The position numbers and the translations under genes are program-made. From NCBI GenBank assembly GCA_947259975.1, contig CAMYOD010000077.1:8473-72472 (forward strand): a stretch of 64,000 nt of DNA, read 5' to 3'. Positions 52,831-64,000 of this stretch are shown piece by piece. Source of the DNA: an uncultured Gammaproteobacteria bacterium. Lineage in GTDB: Bacteria > Pseudomonadota > Gammaproteobacteria > HyVt-429. The notes beneath the pieces were generated by a model that was not told the origin of the DNA, ran no database searches, and worked only from the letters and a program-made list of their open reading frames with translations. How positions within the stretch are numbered: the stretch's first letter is position 1; each line of letters starts with the position of its first letter.

Positions 52831-53733
52831 ATGGAAAATTCGACCCCCAACGGCCCCCGGATCGCGATCATCGGCGTCGGCCTCATCGGCGGCTCGCTGG
52901 CCCGCGCCCTGCGTCACGCCGGTGTGGTGGGCGAGGTGGTGGGTGCCGGGCGTGACCCGGCGCACCTGCGCGAGGCGCAGTCTCTGGGGGTCATCGATCG
53001 TGGCGCCGACTCTGTCGCCGCCGCCGTGGACGGGGCCGACATCGTGATCATTGCCACGCCGGTGGGCACCGTAGTTGAGGTGTGTGCGCAGATCGCACCG
53101 GCGCTGGCACCGGACGCGGTGATCACCGACGTGGGCAGCGTGAAGGGCAGCGTAATCGCGGCGGCACGAAAATCGCTGGGCGCGGCGTACGCGCGATTCG
53201 TGCCGGGCCATCCCATCGCCGGCACCGAGCGTTCCGGGGTCGCGGCATCCTTCGCCGAACTGTTCGACGGTCGTCGCGTGATTCTGACGCCGGATGCGGA
53301 CACCGATAGTGCCGCGCTGGCGCGTATCCGTTCCCTCTGGCAGGCGACCGGCGCCACGGTGCTGGAGATGTCGGCCACGGATCATGATCGTATCCTTGCC
53401 CACACCAGCCATCTGCCGCATATGCTGGCCTATGCGCTGGTCGACCTGTTGGCGCGGGCGGACGACAGCGATGCCATGTTCGATCTCGCCGCCGGGGGTT
53501 TCTATGACTTCACGCGCATCGCCTCGAGCGATCCGACCATGTGGCGTGACATCTGCATCGCCAATCGCGACGCACTCATCGCCAGCCTGGACAGTTACCA
53601 GGCCTTGTTGGGCGAGTTGTCCCGCGCGGTCGCGGCGGGGGATGCGGAGCAGCTGCTCGCGACGTTTCGGCGCGCGAAACAGGCCCGTGACAGCAAGCTG
53701 TCGCCGGCGTCGCAAAGCGCGTCACCGGAATAA
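52831..53733 (+). CDS. tyrA: Prephenate/arogenate dehydrogenase
   Basis: GVGLIGGS, TDVGSVK, GHPIAGTE, SHLPH, DFTRIA. Confidence 0.92.
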   Translation: MENSTPNGPRIAIIGVGLIGGSLARALRHAGVVGEVVGAGRDPAHLREAQSLGVIDRGADSVAAAVDGADIVIIATPVGTVVEVCAQIAPALAPDAVITDVGSVKGSVIAAARKSLGAAYARFVPGHPIAGTERSGVAASFAELFDGRRVILTPDADTDSAALARIRSLWQATGATVLEMSATDHDRILAHTSHLPHMLAYALVDLLARADDSDAMFDLAAGGFYDFTRIASSDPTMWRDICIANRDALIASLDSYQALLGELSRAVAAGDAEQLLATFRRAKQARDSKLSPASQSASPE

Positions 53734-53753
53734 TCCGCGCACCGTTGGTCGCT

Positions 53754-55079
53754 ATGTCATCCCGTGCGTCATCCCCGACCTTTGAGGTGGCCCCCGGTGG
53801 CCAGCTGCGGGGCACCCTGCGGGTGCCGGGCGATAAGTCCATCTCCCATCGTGCCGTGATGCTGGGCGCCATCGCCGATGGCGTGACCCGTGTCAGCGGG
53901 TTGCTGGAGGGGGAGGACGTCCTGGCGACGCTGGCGGCGTGTCGTGCCATGGGGCTAAGCGCGGAAGGCCCGGTCGATGGCCGCCTGACGTTGCACGGGG
54001 TCGGTCTGCACGGCCTGCAGGCGGCGGGCGGACCGCTGGACATGGGCAATTCAGGCACCGCCATGCGTCTGCTCGCGGGCCTGCTTGCGGGCCAGCCCTT
54101 CGACAGTACTTTAATCGGCGATGACTCTCTGTCGCGCCGACCCATGACCCGGGTGGCGGAGCCCCTGAACAATATGGGTGCGCGTATCGACACCGCCGCG
54201 GGTGGTTGTCCGCCGCTGCGCATTACGGGTGGGCACGGGCTGCACGGCATCGACTACACGCTGCCGGTGGCCAGCGCGCAGGTGAAATCCGCCGTGCTGC
54301 TCGCGGGTCTGTACGCGACGGGCACGACCCGGGTTACGGAGCCGGCGCCGACCCGGGATCATACCGAGCGCATGCTGCAGGGTTTCGGTTACACGGTAGA
54401 GCGTGCAGGTGCGACGGTACAACTCACCGGTGGCGGCCGTCTGCGGGGCTGCATGCTGGAAGTACCCGGAGACATCTCGTCCGCGGCGTTTTTTTTGGTG
54501 GGGGCCTCGATCGCAAAGGATTCCGAATTGTTGTTGGAGCACGTGGGCATGAATCCGACCCGCATCGGTGTCGTGAACCTGCTCAACGCCATGGGTGCGG
54601 ACATCGACGTGCGCAACGAGCGCACCGCCGGCGGTGAGCCGGTGGCGGATCTGTTGGTGCGCAGCGCGAATCTGCATGGCATCACCGTGCCGCAGGATCA
54701 GGTGCCGCTGGCGATCGACGAATTCCCGGCCCTATTTGTCGCCGCGGCCTGCGCCGAGGGTGAAACCGTGCTGCGTGGTGCCGAGGAGTTGCGGGTGAAG
54801 GAGAGCGACCGTATCGCCGCGATGGCCCAGGGTCTCGGCGCCCTGGGGGTCGACGTCGAGGAATTTCCGGACGGCATTGCGATTCGCGGCGGTGGGCTCG
54901 AGGGCGGCACGGTGCATAGCCAGGGTGACCATCGTATCGCCATGGCCTTCGCCATGGCGTCGCTGGGCGCACAATCCGCGATCACTATCGGCGATTGTGC
55001 CAATGTGGCGACGTCGTTTCCGAATTTCGTCGACTTGGCCACCACGGCGGGACTCGAATTGCGGGTCGTCACCCCATGA
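53754..55079 (+). CDS. aroA: EPSP synthase
   Basis: PGDKSISHR, GNSGTAMRL, SAQVKS, RDHTE, KESDR, DHRIAM. Confidence 0.97.
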   Translation: MSSRASSPTFEVAPGGQLRGTLRVPGDKSISHRAVMLGAIADGVTRVSGLLEGEDVLATLAACRAMGLSAEGPVDGRLTLHGVGLHGLQAAGGPLDMGNSGTAMRLLAGLLAGQPFDSTLIGDDSLSRRPMTRVAEPLNNMGARIDTAAGGCPPLRITGGHGLHGIDYTLPVASAQVKSAVLLAGLYATGTTRVTEPAPTRDHTERMLQGFGYTVERAGATVQLTGGGRLRGCMLEVPGDISSAAFFLVGASIAKDSELLLEHVGMNPTRIGVVNLLNAMGADIDVRNERTAGGEPVADLLVRSANLHGITVPQDQVPLAIDEFPALFVAAACAEGETVLRGAEELRVKESDRIAAMAQGLGALGVDVEEFPDGIAIRGGGLEGGTVHSQGDHRIAMAFAMASLGAQSAITIGDCANVATSFPNFVDLATTAGLELRVVTP

Positions 55080-55086
55080 GTCGCCG

Positions 55087-55776
55087 ATGACCAGGATCGT
55101 ACCGGTACTGACCATCGACGGGCCGAGCGGGGTGGGCAAGGGCACCGTGAGCCAGATTCTCGCTGCGCGCCTCGGTTGGCACTATCTGGACAGCGGCGCG
55201 GTCTATCGAGTGCTCGCGGCGGCCGTGGCAGAGGCCGGCATCGATCCGGCAGACGATGCCGCGGTGGTGGCCTGTGCCCGCGCGCTTGTGCTGGAGTTTC
55301 GGGTCCGGCCCGAGGCGGCGGCCGAGGTGTGGCTCGACGGGCGCGAGGTCAGCGCGGCGATACGCACCGAGGAATGCGGGAATATGGCCTCGCAGCTGGC
55401 GGTGCGCCCGGCGGTGCGGGACGCCCTGCTGGGGCTGCAGCGCGCGCAGCGCCGTGCCCCGGGCCTGGTGGCCGAGGGACGCGATATGGGGACCGTGGTA
55501 TTCCCGGATGCGGGACTCAAAGTCTACCTCGACGCGAGCCCGGAAGTGCGGGCCGAAAGGCGCTATAAGCAGTTGAAGGAAAAGGGATTGGATGTTAATC
55601 TTCCGCGCCTCATTTCAGGGATTGGCGAGCGCGACGCGCGCGACGCCAATCGCGCGGTGGCACCGTTACGGCCTGCTGTGGATGGCTATCATGTCGACAG
55701 CTCAACACTTTCCGTGGACGAGGTCGTCGCGCGAATTTGGGATCGATTGCATTCGGCTGACCAGACGGTGAGCTGA
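55087..55776 (+). CDS. cmk: Cytidylate kinase
   Basis: IDGPSGVGKGT, LDSGAVYR, EGRDMGTVVFP. Confidence 0.95.
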   Translation: MTRIVPVLTIDGPSGVGKGTVSQILAARLGWHYLDSGAVYRVLAAAVAEAGIDPADDAAVVACARALVLEFRVRPEAAAEVWLDGREVSAAIRTEECGNMASQLAVRPAVRDALLGLQRAQRRAPGLVAEGRDMGTVVFPDAGLKVYLDASPEVRAERRYKQLKEKGLDVNLPRLISGIGERDARDANRAVAPLRPAVDGYHVDSSTLSVDEVVARIWDRLHSADQTVS

Positions 55777-55884
55777 CGGGTACCAGATTCTTTAAACAAT
55801 CTGGATTTTTGCGTCCGGTGTCGATTGGCGCGGTAACCGCCTCGGCAAGGGGCATTCATTGTTTTGTTAGGTCTGCGACAAGGT

Positions 55885-57567
55885 ATGAGCGAAAGTTTTG
55901 CTGAAATGTTCGAAGAGAGCCTGGGTAAGGCGGAGATGCGCCCCGGCCAGGTCACGGTGGGTGAGGTGGTCCACGTCGATGATGACTTCGTCATCGTCAA
56001 TGCAGGATTAAAAACCGAAGGCGAGATTCCCGCCGCCCAGTTTCGCAGCGCTAACGGGGATTTAACCGTCCAGGTCGGCGACGCGGTCGAAGTCGCCATT
56101 GAAGCCATCGAAGACGGCTTCGGCCAGACCCGGTTGTCGCGGGAAAAGGCGTGTCGCGCCAAGGCCTGGGACGATCTGGAGAAGGCGTCGGAAGAGGGCG
56201 CCATCGTCACCGGTATGCTCACCGGCAAGGTCAAGGGTGGCTTCACCGTGCAGATCGAAACCATTCGCGCCTTCCTGCCGGGATCGCTTGTTGATGTACG
56301 GCCGGTGAAAGACGTTACCTATCTGGAAGGCAAGGAACTCGAATTCAAGATCATCAAGCTGGACCGTCGCCGCAACAATGTAGTGGTATCGCGTCGCGCG
56401 GTGGTTGAGACAGAGATGTCCGCGGAGCGCGAGACCCTGCTCGCGAATCTGGAGGAAGGCCAGATCGTCAAGGGAATCGTGAAGAATCTCACCGATTACG
56501 GTGCGTTCGTGAATCTCGGCGGTATCGACGGCCTGCTGCATATCACGGACATTTCCTGGAAGCGGGTCAAGCATCCCTCTGAAGTTCTCAATGTGGGGGA
56601 CGAAATCGAAGCCCGCGTACTCAAGTTTGATCGTGAGCGTAATCGCGTCTCCCTCGGCATGAAGCAGATGGGTGACGATCCGTGGCTGGATCTGCCACGT
56701 CGCTACCCCGAAGGTACGCGTGTGTTCGGTAAGGTTACCAATCTCACCGACTACGGTTGTTTCGTTGAGCTGGAAGAAGGCGTCGAAGGCCTGGTCCATG
56801 TCTCCGAAATGGATTGGACCAACAAGAACGTGCAACCCGCGAAGGTGGTCCACGTCGGCGATGAAGTCGAGGTGATGGTGCTCGATATCGATGAAGAGCG
56901 CCGCCGAATTTCGCTCGGCATAAAGCAATGTCAGTCGAACCCATGGAAAGAGTTTGCGGATAACAACGACAAGGGTGACAAGGTTCACGGTACGATTAAA
57001 TCGATCACCGATTTCGGTGTCTTTGTCGGCCTGGACGGCGGTATCGATGGTTTAATTCACCTCAGTGATCTATCCTGGGATAAACCGGGTGAAGATGCGG
57101 TGCGGGATTTCGCGAAGGGCGATGAGATCGAGGCGGTTGTGTTGTCTGTCGATCCGGAGCGCGAGCGTATTTCGCTCGGGGTCAAGCAGGTTAACGCCGA
57201 TCCCTTCACGACCTATGTCGCCGAGCATGGCAAAGGCAGCTTGGTCAACGGTAAGGTGGTCAGCGTCGATGCCAAGGGCGCGGTCATACAATTGACCAGC
57301 GCTGTGCAAGGTTACCTGCGCGCATCGGAACTTGCGCGCGAGCGGGTGGAAGATGCCCGTACCGTGCTCAACGAGGGTGACACGCTGGACGCCAAGATCA
57401 CCAGCATCGATCGTAAGAATCGCGGGATCTCGCTTTCGGTCAAGGCGCGCGAGGCCGACCAGGAGAATGCTGCCGTGCAGGAGTATGCAAGCCGTGGACC
57501 GGCCGCAAGCACGACCTTGGGTGACAAATTGAAGGAACAGCTGGCTGAGAAGAAGGACACCGAATAA
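55885..57567 (+). CDS. rpsA: 30S ribosomal protein S1
   Basis: [12 protein letters not shown]; six S1 repeats. Confidence 0.97.
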   Translation: MSESFAEMFEESLGKAEMRPGQVTVGEVVHVDDDFVIVNAGLKTEGEIPAAQFRSANGDLTVQVGDAVEVAIEAIEDGFGQTRLSREKACRAKAWDDLEKASEEGAIVTGMLTGKVKGGFTVQIETIRAFLPGSLVDVRPVKDVTYLEGKELEFKIIKLDRRRNNVVVSRRAVVETEMSAERETLLANLEEGQIVKGIVKNLTDYGAFVNLGGIDGLLHITDISWKRVKHPSEVLNVGDEIEARVLKFDRERNRVSLGMKQMGDDPWLDLPRRYPEGTRVFGKVTNLTDYGCFVELEEGVEGLVHVSEMDWTNKNVQPAKVVHVGDEVEVMVLDIDEERRRISLGIKQCQSNPWKEFADNNDKGDKVHGTIKSITDFGVFVGLDGGIDGLIHLSDLSWDKPGEDAVRDFAKGDEIEAVVLSVDPERERISLGVKQVNADPFTTYVAEHGKGSLVNGKVVSVDAKGAVIQLTSAVQGYLRASELARERVEDARTVLNEGDTLDAKITSIDRKNRGISLSVKAREADQENAAVQEYASRGPAASTTLGDKLKEQLAEKKDTE

Positions 57568-57601
57568 TCACATTGAGAACGGTGGGGGATAGCGGGCCAA
57601 G

Positions 57602-57913
57602 ATGACGAAATCTGACTTGATCGACGCACTCGCAGCACAGCAGCCACAGTTGGTATTTCGTGATGTCGAGCTGGCGGTTAAGGAGCTCCTGGAGCAGATG
57701 GCCGACGCGCTTGCCACGGGTGATCGTATCGAGGTCCGTGGTTTCGGCAGTTTTTCCCTGCATCACCGTCCATCGCGCGTGGGTCGTAACCCCAAGACCG
57801 GTGATGCGGTGAACGTTCCCGATAAGTATGTGCCGCATTTCAAACCCGGCAAGGAACTGCGCGAGCGGGTGGATAACGCAGCGCGCCGGGAACGTGAGAA
57901 TAACACCGGTTAA
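57602..57913 (+). CDS. ihfB: Integration host factor beta subunit
   Basis: [36 protein letters not shown]. Confidence 0.96.
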   Translation: MTKSDLIDALAAQQPQLVFRDVELAVKELLEQMADALATGDRIEVRGFGSFSLHHRPSRVGRNPKTGDAVNVPDKYVPHFKPGKELRERVDNAARRERENNTG

Positions 57914-58199
57914 GCGACGCCGATTACACGCGCGTCCCCGCCGCCGCGCCCTGTAGTTCCAATTTCATCGTCGCCGACCTGCGGCGCATTCACCTCGTCG
58001 TACGCGACCGCGTCGCTGTGCCGGTCGATGCCCTCCGATACCGTTTTGCCCGTACATTGCGTATAGTATCTGGCCGATTCTCCCCATTTCTTGCTGAATT
58101 GAAGCGTCGTCGCATGGTGGATCGGCGCCCGCAGGGTGGGTGATAGGTATGTCTACGGTAACAGCGCCAGGAGACTCTCGATAAGAGCCCGGAGGTAGC

Positions 58200-58496
58200 A
58201 TGAAAACACTTTTTAATTTACTCCTCATCATCGTCCTTGTTGTGGTGGGAGTTACGTTTCACTTACACAATCAGGATACGGTCACGGTCAAGTACTACTT
58301 TGATATCGAGCGGTCCGTCCCCATGTCCTTGTTGCTTCTGGCCACCTTATTGATCGGCGTAGTGTTGGGGTATCTTGGGACGCTGAAAAGCGTGTTCCGC
58401 GCGCGGCGTCAACTCTCACGCAGCCGCAAGGAAGTATCGAAGATGGAACAGGAAATAACCAATCTTCGCTCGCTGCCGATCAAGGATTCCATCTGA
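58200..58496 (+). CDS. lapA: Lipopolysaccharide assembly protein A
   Basis: Two TM segments plus coiled tail ending LRSLPIKD; upstream of lapB. Confidence 0.8.
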   Translation: MKTLFNLLLIIVLVVVGVTFHLHNQDTVTVKYYFDIERSVPMSLLLLATLLIGVVLGYLGTLKSVFRARRQLSRSRKEVSKMEQEITNLRSLPIKDSI

Positions 58497-58497
58497 C

Positions 58498-59667
58498 GTG
58501 ATCGATATACTGTGGCCGCTACTCTTGCCACTTGCCGCCGCGTCCGGTTGGTTGGCGGCAAAGTGGGATCACAAGAAGCAGGCAAAGAAGTCCGAGTACC
58601 AATTACCCTCGGCCTACTTCAAAGGCCTCAACTACCTGCTGAACGAACAACCCGACAAGGCCATCGAGGTCTTTGTCAAAGCGCTCGAGATCGATTCGGA
58701 AACCGTCGAGACACACCTGGCGGTCGGCAATCTGTTTCGCCGGCGTGGTGAGGTCGAGCGCGCGACACGAATTCACCAGAATCTGATCGCGCGGCCGAAT
58801 CTCGATAAGGATCAACGTTCCCAGGCATTGTTCGAGCTGGCGCAGGACTACTTGAAAGCCGGCCTGTTCGATCGCGCGGAAAACCTGTGTCTCGAGCTGG
58901 CGGAGGTGCAGCAACACGGCGAACAGGCGTTACGCAATCTCGTACACATCTACGAGCAGGAAAAGGAGTGGGATAAAGCGATTTCCACATCCCAGCGTCT
59001 GGCGCGGGTTTTGGGTGAGAAGCGCGACGATGTCATCGCACAATACTATTGTGAATTGACAGAGGAAGCGCGTGCGGCGAACGATCTCGTGGAGGCGGAG
59101 GCGATGGCGCGTCGCGCATTGTCCGCGGACCGGCGTTGCGTGCGCGCAACCATGTTACTCGGGCATCTGCGCGTGCGTCAGGGTGAACTGAAGGAAGCGG
59201 TCAAGACCTGGCGCAAGGTGGAAGATCAGGACCCGAAATACCTCGGTGAAGTGGTTGACTGGATCAGTGATATCTATCGTGCACAGAATGACGAAGACGG
59301 CCTGCGCACGTTCCTGCGCGCAGGCCTGGAGCGTCGCGGCGGCGTGAAGTTGATGCTCGCGCTGGCCGATGTCCTTGAGCGTAACGAAGGCCCGAAACAG
59401 GCAGAGGAGTTCGTCGTCGAGTGGCTGCGAAAAATGCCGACAATTCAAGGCCTCTATCGCCTGATCGAACTGAAATCGGCGGTTGCGAATGATAAAGGTA
59501 AACAGGATCTGGAGCTGCTGCAGACAATCATTGCTGACTTACTCGAGAAACAACTCCCGTATGCCTGCGAGAGCTGTGGTTTCACGGGCAAGTCCCTCCA
59601 CTGGCAATGCCCGAGCTGCAAAGGTTGGAATACCATGATTCCGATTCTGAGCCCGGTTGCACAATGA
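58498..59667 (+). CDS. lapB: Lipopolysaccharide assembly protein B
   Basis: [20 protein letters not shown] repeats, C-terminal CESCGF..WQCPSC. Confidence 0.94.
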   Translation: MIDILWPLLLPLAAASGWLAAKWDHKKQAKKSEYQLPSAYFKGLNYLLNEQPDKAIEVFVKALEIDSETVETHLAVGNLFRRRGEVERATRIHQNLIARPNLDKDQRSQALFELAQDYLKAGLFDRAENLCLELAEVQQHGEQALRNLVHIYEQEKEWDKAISTSQRLARVLGEKRDDVIAQYYCELTEEARAANDLVEAEAMARRALSADRRCVRATMLLGHLRVRQGELKEAVKTWRKVEDQDPKYLGEVVDWISDIYRAQNDEDGLRTFLRAGLERRGGVKLMLALADVLERNEGPKQAEEFVVEWLRKMPTIQGLYRLIELKSAVANDKGKQDLELLQTIIADLLEKQLPYACESCGFTGKSLHWQCPSCKGWNTMIPILSPVAQ

Positions 59668-59677
59668 GATTGCTCCC

Positions 59678-60379
59678 GTGTCAGCACCGCGTATCATAGT
59701 CGCCCTGGATTTTCCGTCCCAGGTGGATGCCCTGGACTTCGCCGACCGGCTCGTGCCGACGCAATGTCGCGTGAAGGTTGGACTCGAACTCTTTACCGCG
59801 GCCGGGCCGCAGATCGTCGAGGCGTTGCGTCAGCGCGGCTTCGAGGTGTTTCTCGATTTAAAATTCCACGACATTCCGAATACGGTAGCACAGGCCTGCC
59901 GCAGTGCAGCGGACCTCGGTGTCTGGATGCTCAATGTGCACACCCTGGGCGGGCCGCGCATGTTGAGTGCCGCCCGCGAGGCAATTGCCGCCGCGCATGG
60001 CACGCGACCGCTACTTACCGGGGTGACGATTCTTACCAGCCATGACGATGCGGAACTGGTCGACATCGGGCTGGCGGAGGATGCCGCGCACAACGTGACG
60101 CGACTCGCGTCCCAGGCGCAGGCGACGGGGCTCGACGGGGTAGTGTGTTCAGCCAATGAGGCCGCCATGCTCCGCGATTCGCTGGGGCCGGAGTTCGTGT
60201 TAGTGACACCGGGTATACGACCGCAAGGTGCCGCGGTCGGGGATCAGCGGCGCGTCACGACCGCCGGCGCGGCGGTTGCCGCGGGGGCGCACTATCTGGT
60301 AGTCGGCCGCCCGATCACACAGGCGGACGAGCCCATGACAGCGCTCGCGGCCCTGCGGGCCGAGATCGGCGAGGATTGA
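59678..60379 (+). CDS. pyrF: Orotidine-5'-phosphate decarboxylase
   Basis: [33 protein letters not shown]. Confidence 0.96.
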   Translation: MSAPRIIVALDFPSQVDALDFADRLVPTQCRVKVGLELFTAAGPQIVEALRQRGFEVFLDLKFHDIPNTVAQACRSAADLGVWMLNVHTLGGPRMLSAAREAIAAAHGTRPLLTGVTILTSHDDAELVDIGLAEDAAHNVTRLASQAQATGLDGVVCSANEAAMLRDSLGPEFVLVTPGIRPQGAAVGDQRRVTTAGAAVAAGAHYLVVGRPITQADEPMTALAALRAEIGED

Positions 60380-60465
60380 CATCTGATGGAGGTGGGTTAA
60401 CATAACACTGTGCACTCATCGGATTGGGTGCATTTCAATCAACGGAAAACATGGAGGTTACAAGG

Positions 60466-60753
60466 ATGACACTTCTGAAATCTGCAGTTCTCGCGTGCGT
60501 TATCGCACTCACCTCAATCGCCGCCAGCGCGGCCCCGGTCAACGTCAACAAGGCGAATGCGGCGACACTCGCGGACGCGCTCTATGGCGTCGGCATGCGC
60601 ACCGCGGAAGCCATTGTCAGCTACCGTGATGAGCACGGGCCGTTCCATTCGGCGGACGACCTGATGAACGTCAAGGGGATCGGACCGAAGCTGCTCGAAC
60701 GTAATCGGACGGATATCCTCCTGGACCAGCCCGAGCGGAATGTAAAAAAATAG
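60466..60753 (+). CDS. comEA: ComEA-family HhH DNA-binding protein
   Basis: Signal peptide; VNVNKA, AEAIVSYR, VKGIG. Confidence 0.85.
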   Translation: MTLLKSAVLACVIALTSIAASAAPVNVNKANAATLADALYGVGMRTAEAIVSYRDEHGPFHSADDLMNVKGIGPKLLERNRTDILLDQPERNVKK

Positions 60754-60784
60754 ACGTACGGTTTTGACGCAGTAACGTCATTTC

Positions 60785-60814
60785 AGGGGCGCCCGTCACG
60801 GGCGCCCCTTTTTT
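60785..60814 (+). terminator. Rho-independent terminator
   Basis: aggggcgcccg-tca-cgggcgcccct followed by ttttt. Confidence 0.85.
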
Positions 60815-60938
60815 GACCGCAGGCGGCTTTCGCTTGCGTGTGCCGGACTCGACAGCACCGCAAAAAACCGGATAATCGCTCCTGTTTGAGTGACATGGGC
60901 GCTGGGCGCCCATTTGTTTTTTGGATAGAGAACCGCAC

Positions 60939-62261
60939 ATGAAGGTCACAGTCGTCGGTACAGGTTATGTCGGGCTCGTCACGGGGACCTGCCTCGCGGA
61001 GGTAGGAAATCACGTGATCTGCGTCGACAACGATGTCGATAAGGTCATCGACCTGCGGGCTGGCAAGATTCCGATTTATGAGCCCGGCCTGGATGCGCTG
61101 ATCAAGGAGAATACCCAGGCGGGGCGGCTGTCATTTACGACGGATCTCGACGAGGGTGTCCGCCAGGGCGAAGTCATTATGATTGCTGTCGGCACGCCGC
61201 CTGATGAAGACGGTTCCGCGGACCTGCAGCACGTGCTGGCCGTGGCCAAGGGGATCGGCCAGTCCATCGACGATTATCGGGTCGTGGTCACCAAATCCAC
61301 GGTGCCGGTAGGCACCGCGGATAAAGTCAAGGCAGCGATTCAATCGGTGCTGTCGGCGCGCGGTGTCGACATCCCATTCAGCGTGGTTTCGAATCCCGAA
61401 TTCCTGAAGGAAGGCGCCGCGGTTGACGATTTTATGAAGCCGGACCGTATCATAGTCGGCGCGAACGATGAGCGGGCTGAGGAGAAGATGCGGGAACTCT
61501 ATGCGCCGTTCAATCGTAACCACGAGCGTGTAATCCATATGGATATCCGCTCCGCGGAACTGACAAAATATGCCGCCAACGCCATGTTGGCGACCAAGAT
61601 CTCGTTTATGAATGACCTGGCCAATCTTGCGGAGTTGCTGGAGGCAGATATCGAGGCCGTGCGCCGCGGTATCGGTGCCGATCCGCGCATCGGCTACCAC
61701 TTTATTTATCCGGGCTGTGGCTACGGCGGCTCCTGTTTTCCGAAGGACGTGCAGGCCCTGTACAAGACCGGCGAACAGTACGGCCATCGCTCCGTAATTC
61801 TGGCGGCGGTCGAGGCGGTCAACAAGCGCCAGAAACGTATCCTGGTGGACAAGGTTGCGGCCCATTTTGGCGACGATCTAACAGGACTTCGCTTCGGTCT
61901 CTGGGGTTTGTCGTTTAAGCCGGACACCGACGACATGCGCGATGCGCCCAGTCGCGCGGCAATCGAGCTTCTATGGGAGCGGGGCGCCGAGGTCGATGCC
62001 CACGACCCGGTGGCAATCGAAGAGGCGCGCCGTATATATGGCGAGCGAGACGATCTGCGTTTCCACGAGGATCCCTATAGCGCCCTGGATGGGGTCGACG
62101 CACTTATCGTCGTCACCGAGTGGAAGGTCTACCGATCGCTTGATCTCGAGGAGATGGCGCGCAGAATGCGGCAGAAGGTGGTGTTCGATGGCCGCAATAT
62201 CTTCGATCCGCAGCAATTGCGTAAGGCCGGATTCGTCTACTACGGTATTGGTCGCCAATAA
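60939..62261 (+). CDS. ugd: UDP-glucose 6-dehydrogenase
   Basis: [26 protein letters not shown]. Confidence 0.94.
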   Translation: MKVTVVGTGYVGLVTGTCLAEVGNHVICVDNDVDKVIDLRAGKIPIYEPGLDALIKENTQAGRLSFTTDLDEGVRQGEVIMIAVGTPPDEDGSADLQHVLAVAKGIGQSIDDYRVVVTKSTVPVGTADKVKAAIQSVLSARGVDIPFSVVSNPEFLKEGAAVDDFMKPDRIIVGANDERAEEKMRELYAPFNRNHERVIHMDIRSAELTKYAANAMLATKISFMNDLANLAELLEADIEAVRRGIGADPRIGYHFIYPGCGYGGSCFPKDVQALYKTGEQYGHRSVILAAVEAVNKRQKRILVDKVAAHFGDDLTGLRFGLWGLSFKPDTDDMRDAPSRAAIELLWERGAEVDAHDPVAIEEARRIYGERDDLRFHEDPYSALDGVDALIVVTEWKVYRSLDLEEMARRMRQKVVFDGRNIFDPQQLRKAGFVYYGIGRQ

Positions 62262-62269
62262 GCGAGCCC

Positions 62270-63223
62270 ATGTTCGATTTCGATAGCCTGGCCGATTCCC
62301 ATGTCCTCGTGGTCGGGGACGTCATGTTGGATCGGTACTGGTTCGGTGACGTCGACCGGATCTCGCCGGAGGCGCCGGTGCCGGTGATCTCGGTGGGTCA
62401 GCGCGAAGAACGCGCCGGCGGCGCTGCCAACGTGGCGCGCAATGTGGCCGCGCTGGGTACGCGCTGCACGCTCCTGTCCGCGGTCGGGGACGACGAAGCT
62501 GGCCGCAGCCTGGCGCAAATCCTCGGAGCCTCGGGCATCGATTGTCGCATGGGTATCGATCCGGAAACCGCGACGACAGTCAAACTGCGTATCATTTCCC
62601 GCAACCAGCAACTCATTCGCATCGATTCGGAGACCCCACCGAGTCATGAAGTGCTGCACCGTTGTTTGAAGGACTTCAAGGACGTAATTGACCAGTGTAA
62701 TGCGGTGATCCTGTCGGATTATGGCAAGGGTGGTCTTTTGCATATCGCCGAGATGATTTCCACCGCGCGCGATGCCGGAGTTCCGGTCATAGTCGATCCC
62801 AAGGGACTTGATTTTGCCCGTTACCGGGGCGCCAATCTCATCACTCCCAATGTCCGCGAGTTGGAACAGGTGGTGGGTCCCTGGGCATCGGACGATGCAC
62901 TGGCCTCTGCGGTAGGCGCACTGCTCGATGATCTGGATATCGATCAACTGCTGCTTACCCGCAGTGAACAGGGCATGTCCTTGTTCGGTAAAGGCGGTTC
63001 TGCGTTACACAGCCAGGCACGGGCGCGCGAAGTCTACGATGTCACCGGTGCGGGTGACACGGTGATTGCGGTGGTGGCCGCGGCGGTGGGCGGCAAGATC
63101 AATATCGACGACGCGCTCGCGGTTGCGAATGCCGCGGCGGGTATCGTCGTCGGCAAACTTGGTACCGCCGTTGTAACCCTGGCGGAACTGAAAGAAGTAT
63201 TTGCGCAACAGGGAACGGCATGA
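62270..63223 (+). CDS. rfaE1: Heptose-7-phosphate kinase (RfaE1/HldA, monofunctional)
   Basis: GDVMLD, RISPEAPVP, SDYGKG, DVTGAGDTV. Confidence 0.92.
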   Translation: MFDFDSLADSHVLVVGDVMLDRYWFGDVDRISPEAPVPVISVGQREERAGGAANVARNVAALGTRCTLLSAVGDDEAGRSLAQILGASGIDCRMGIDPETATTVKLRIISRNQQLIRIDSETPPSHEVLHRCLKDFKDVIDQCNAVILSDYGKGGLLHIAEMISTARDAGVPVIVDPKGLDFARYRGANLITPNVRELEQVVGPWASDDALASAVGALLDDLDIDQLLLTRSEQGMSLFGKGGSALHSQARAREVYDVTGAGDTVIAVVAAAVGGKINIDDALAVANAAAGIVVGKLGTAVVTLAELKEVFAQQGTA

Positions 63224-64000
63224 TCGTCGTCACCGGGGGTGCGGGCTTTATCGGCGGCAATCTTGTTCGCGCGCTGAATCAGCGGGGTGTCGATGAGATT
63301 CTGCTTGTGGATTCTGCGGCGGCGATTGAATCACGGGATCTGCATGGATGCCGTTACGCGGAGTGCATGGACGAAGAGGAATTCATTGCAACCGGCCTGA
63401 ATGGCCGGTTGGCGTCGCGGTTTACCGCGGTGCTACACCATGGCGCCTGTACCGATACCTTATGTACGGATGCGGATTATCTGCGTGCCAACATCCTTGA
63501 ATACTCGCAACGCATATTTTCAGTATGTCAGGAACGGCGCATCCCGCTGGTTTATGCTTCTTCCGCGTCGGTGTATGGGGCCGGCAGTGAATTTCGTGAA
63601 CAACAATCCTGTGAGCAACCGCTCAATGGCTATGCCAGCTACAAGTTGGCGTTCGACGAGTTTGTGCGCTCGCACCTGACAGCACTGCGCGCGCCCGTAG
63701 TTGGGCTGCGGTACTTCAATGTCTACGGCAGCGACGAGCGCCACAAGGGGCGCATGGCATCCATGGTCCACCAGCTGCAGAAGGCCTTCGCAGCGGAGGG
63801 TCAGGTGCGGCTGTTCGCCGGCAGCGATGGTGTCGGCGACGGTGAGCAGGCGCGGGATTTCGTGACCGTCGAGGACGTCGTCAAGGTAAATCTCTTTTTT
63901 CTGGATGACCCCCGTCATAGCGGGATCTATAATGTGGGTACCGGTGCCGCCGCAAGTTTCAACGCCGTGGCGCAGCAGGTAATCAATACGATGCGCGCGG
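63220..64000 (+). CDS. hldD: ADP-L-glycero-D-manno-heptose 6-epimerase (runs off window)
   Basis: MIVVTGGAGFIGGNLV, HHGAC, YASSASVYG, GLRYFNVYG, HKGRMASM; absent from the ORF track because no stop lies in the window. Confidence 0.9.
   Translation, partial: MIVVTGGAGFIGGNLVRALNQRGVDEILLVDSAAAIESRDLHGCRYAECMDEEEFIATGLNGRLASRFTAVLHHGACTDTLCTDADYLRANILEYSQRIFSVCQERRIPLVYASSASVYGAGSEFREQQSCEQPLNGYASYKLAFDEFVRSHLTALRAPVVGLRYFNVYGSDERHKGRMASMVHQLQKAFAAEGQVRLFAGSDGVGDGEQARDFVTVEDVVKVNLFFLDDPRHSGIYNVGTGAAASFNAVAQQVINTMRA

Noticed and set aside
57914..58199. Long ihfB-lapA intergenic region as a possible ncRNA
   Set aside because: No convincing terminator, repeat or known motif found by eye.

Overview
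GC-rich chromosomal segment of a proteobacterium, probably a deep-branching gammaproteobacterium (inferred from gene order and content). DsrE-like and CbbY-like genes weakly hint at a sulfur-oxidising or autotrophic lifestyle. Most of the window is conserved housekeeping DNA: pnp; queF/smc-zipA-ligA; ppiC-bolA-yciI; PHP-yciO-S2P-trpS-scpAB-rluB; fabAB; rsd; moaA; yciK; rmuC-gph-ubiG-mtaD/mtnA-gyrA-serC-serA-pheA-hisC-tyrA-aroA-cmk-rpsA-ihfB-lapAB-pyrF-comEA-ugd-hldA-hldD. The most unusual part is a ~2.9-kb island just after the pnp terminator (1145-4019). There a Y1/HUH (RAYT-like) transposase sits inside NESTED 28-bp inverted repeats (two left, two right), with an additional fused 26-bp left+right palindrome, and each repeat-bounded interval holds a different cargo: an AT-rich membrane gene, a HigBA toxin-antitoxin pair, and an orphan pseudaminic-acid-associated methylase. 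This looks like an integron-like gene-capture array run by an HUH enzyme. A related short inverted repeat lies beside an orphan antitoxin-like gene at ~39.7 kb. Other notable items: a frameshifted dksA missing its DxxDxA coiled-coil tip; a candidate CRP-activated ~150-nt sRNA; an uncalled 36-aa ORF with its own promoter and RBS; a Fur-box-preceded secreted repeat protein; a sugar kinase with no canonical start codon; and a structured insertion between hisC and tyrA. All calls come from reading the sequence; no searches were run.
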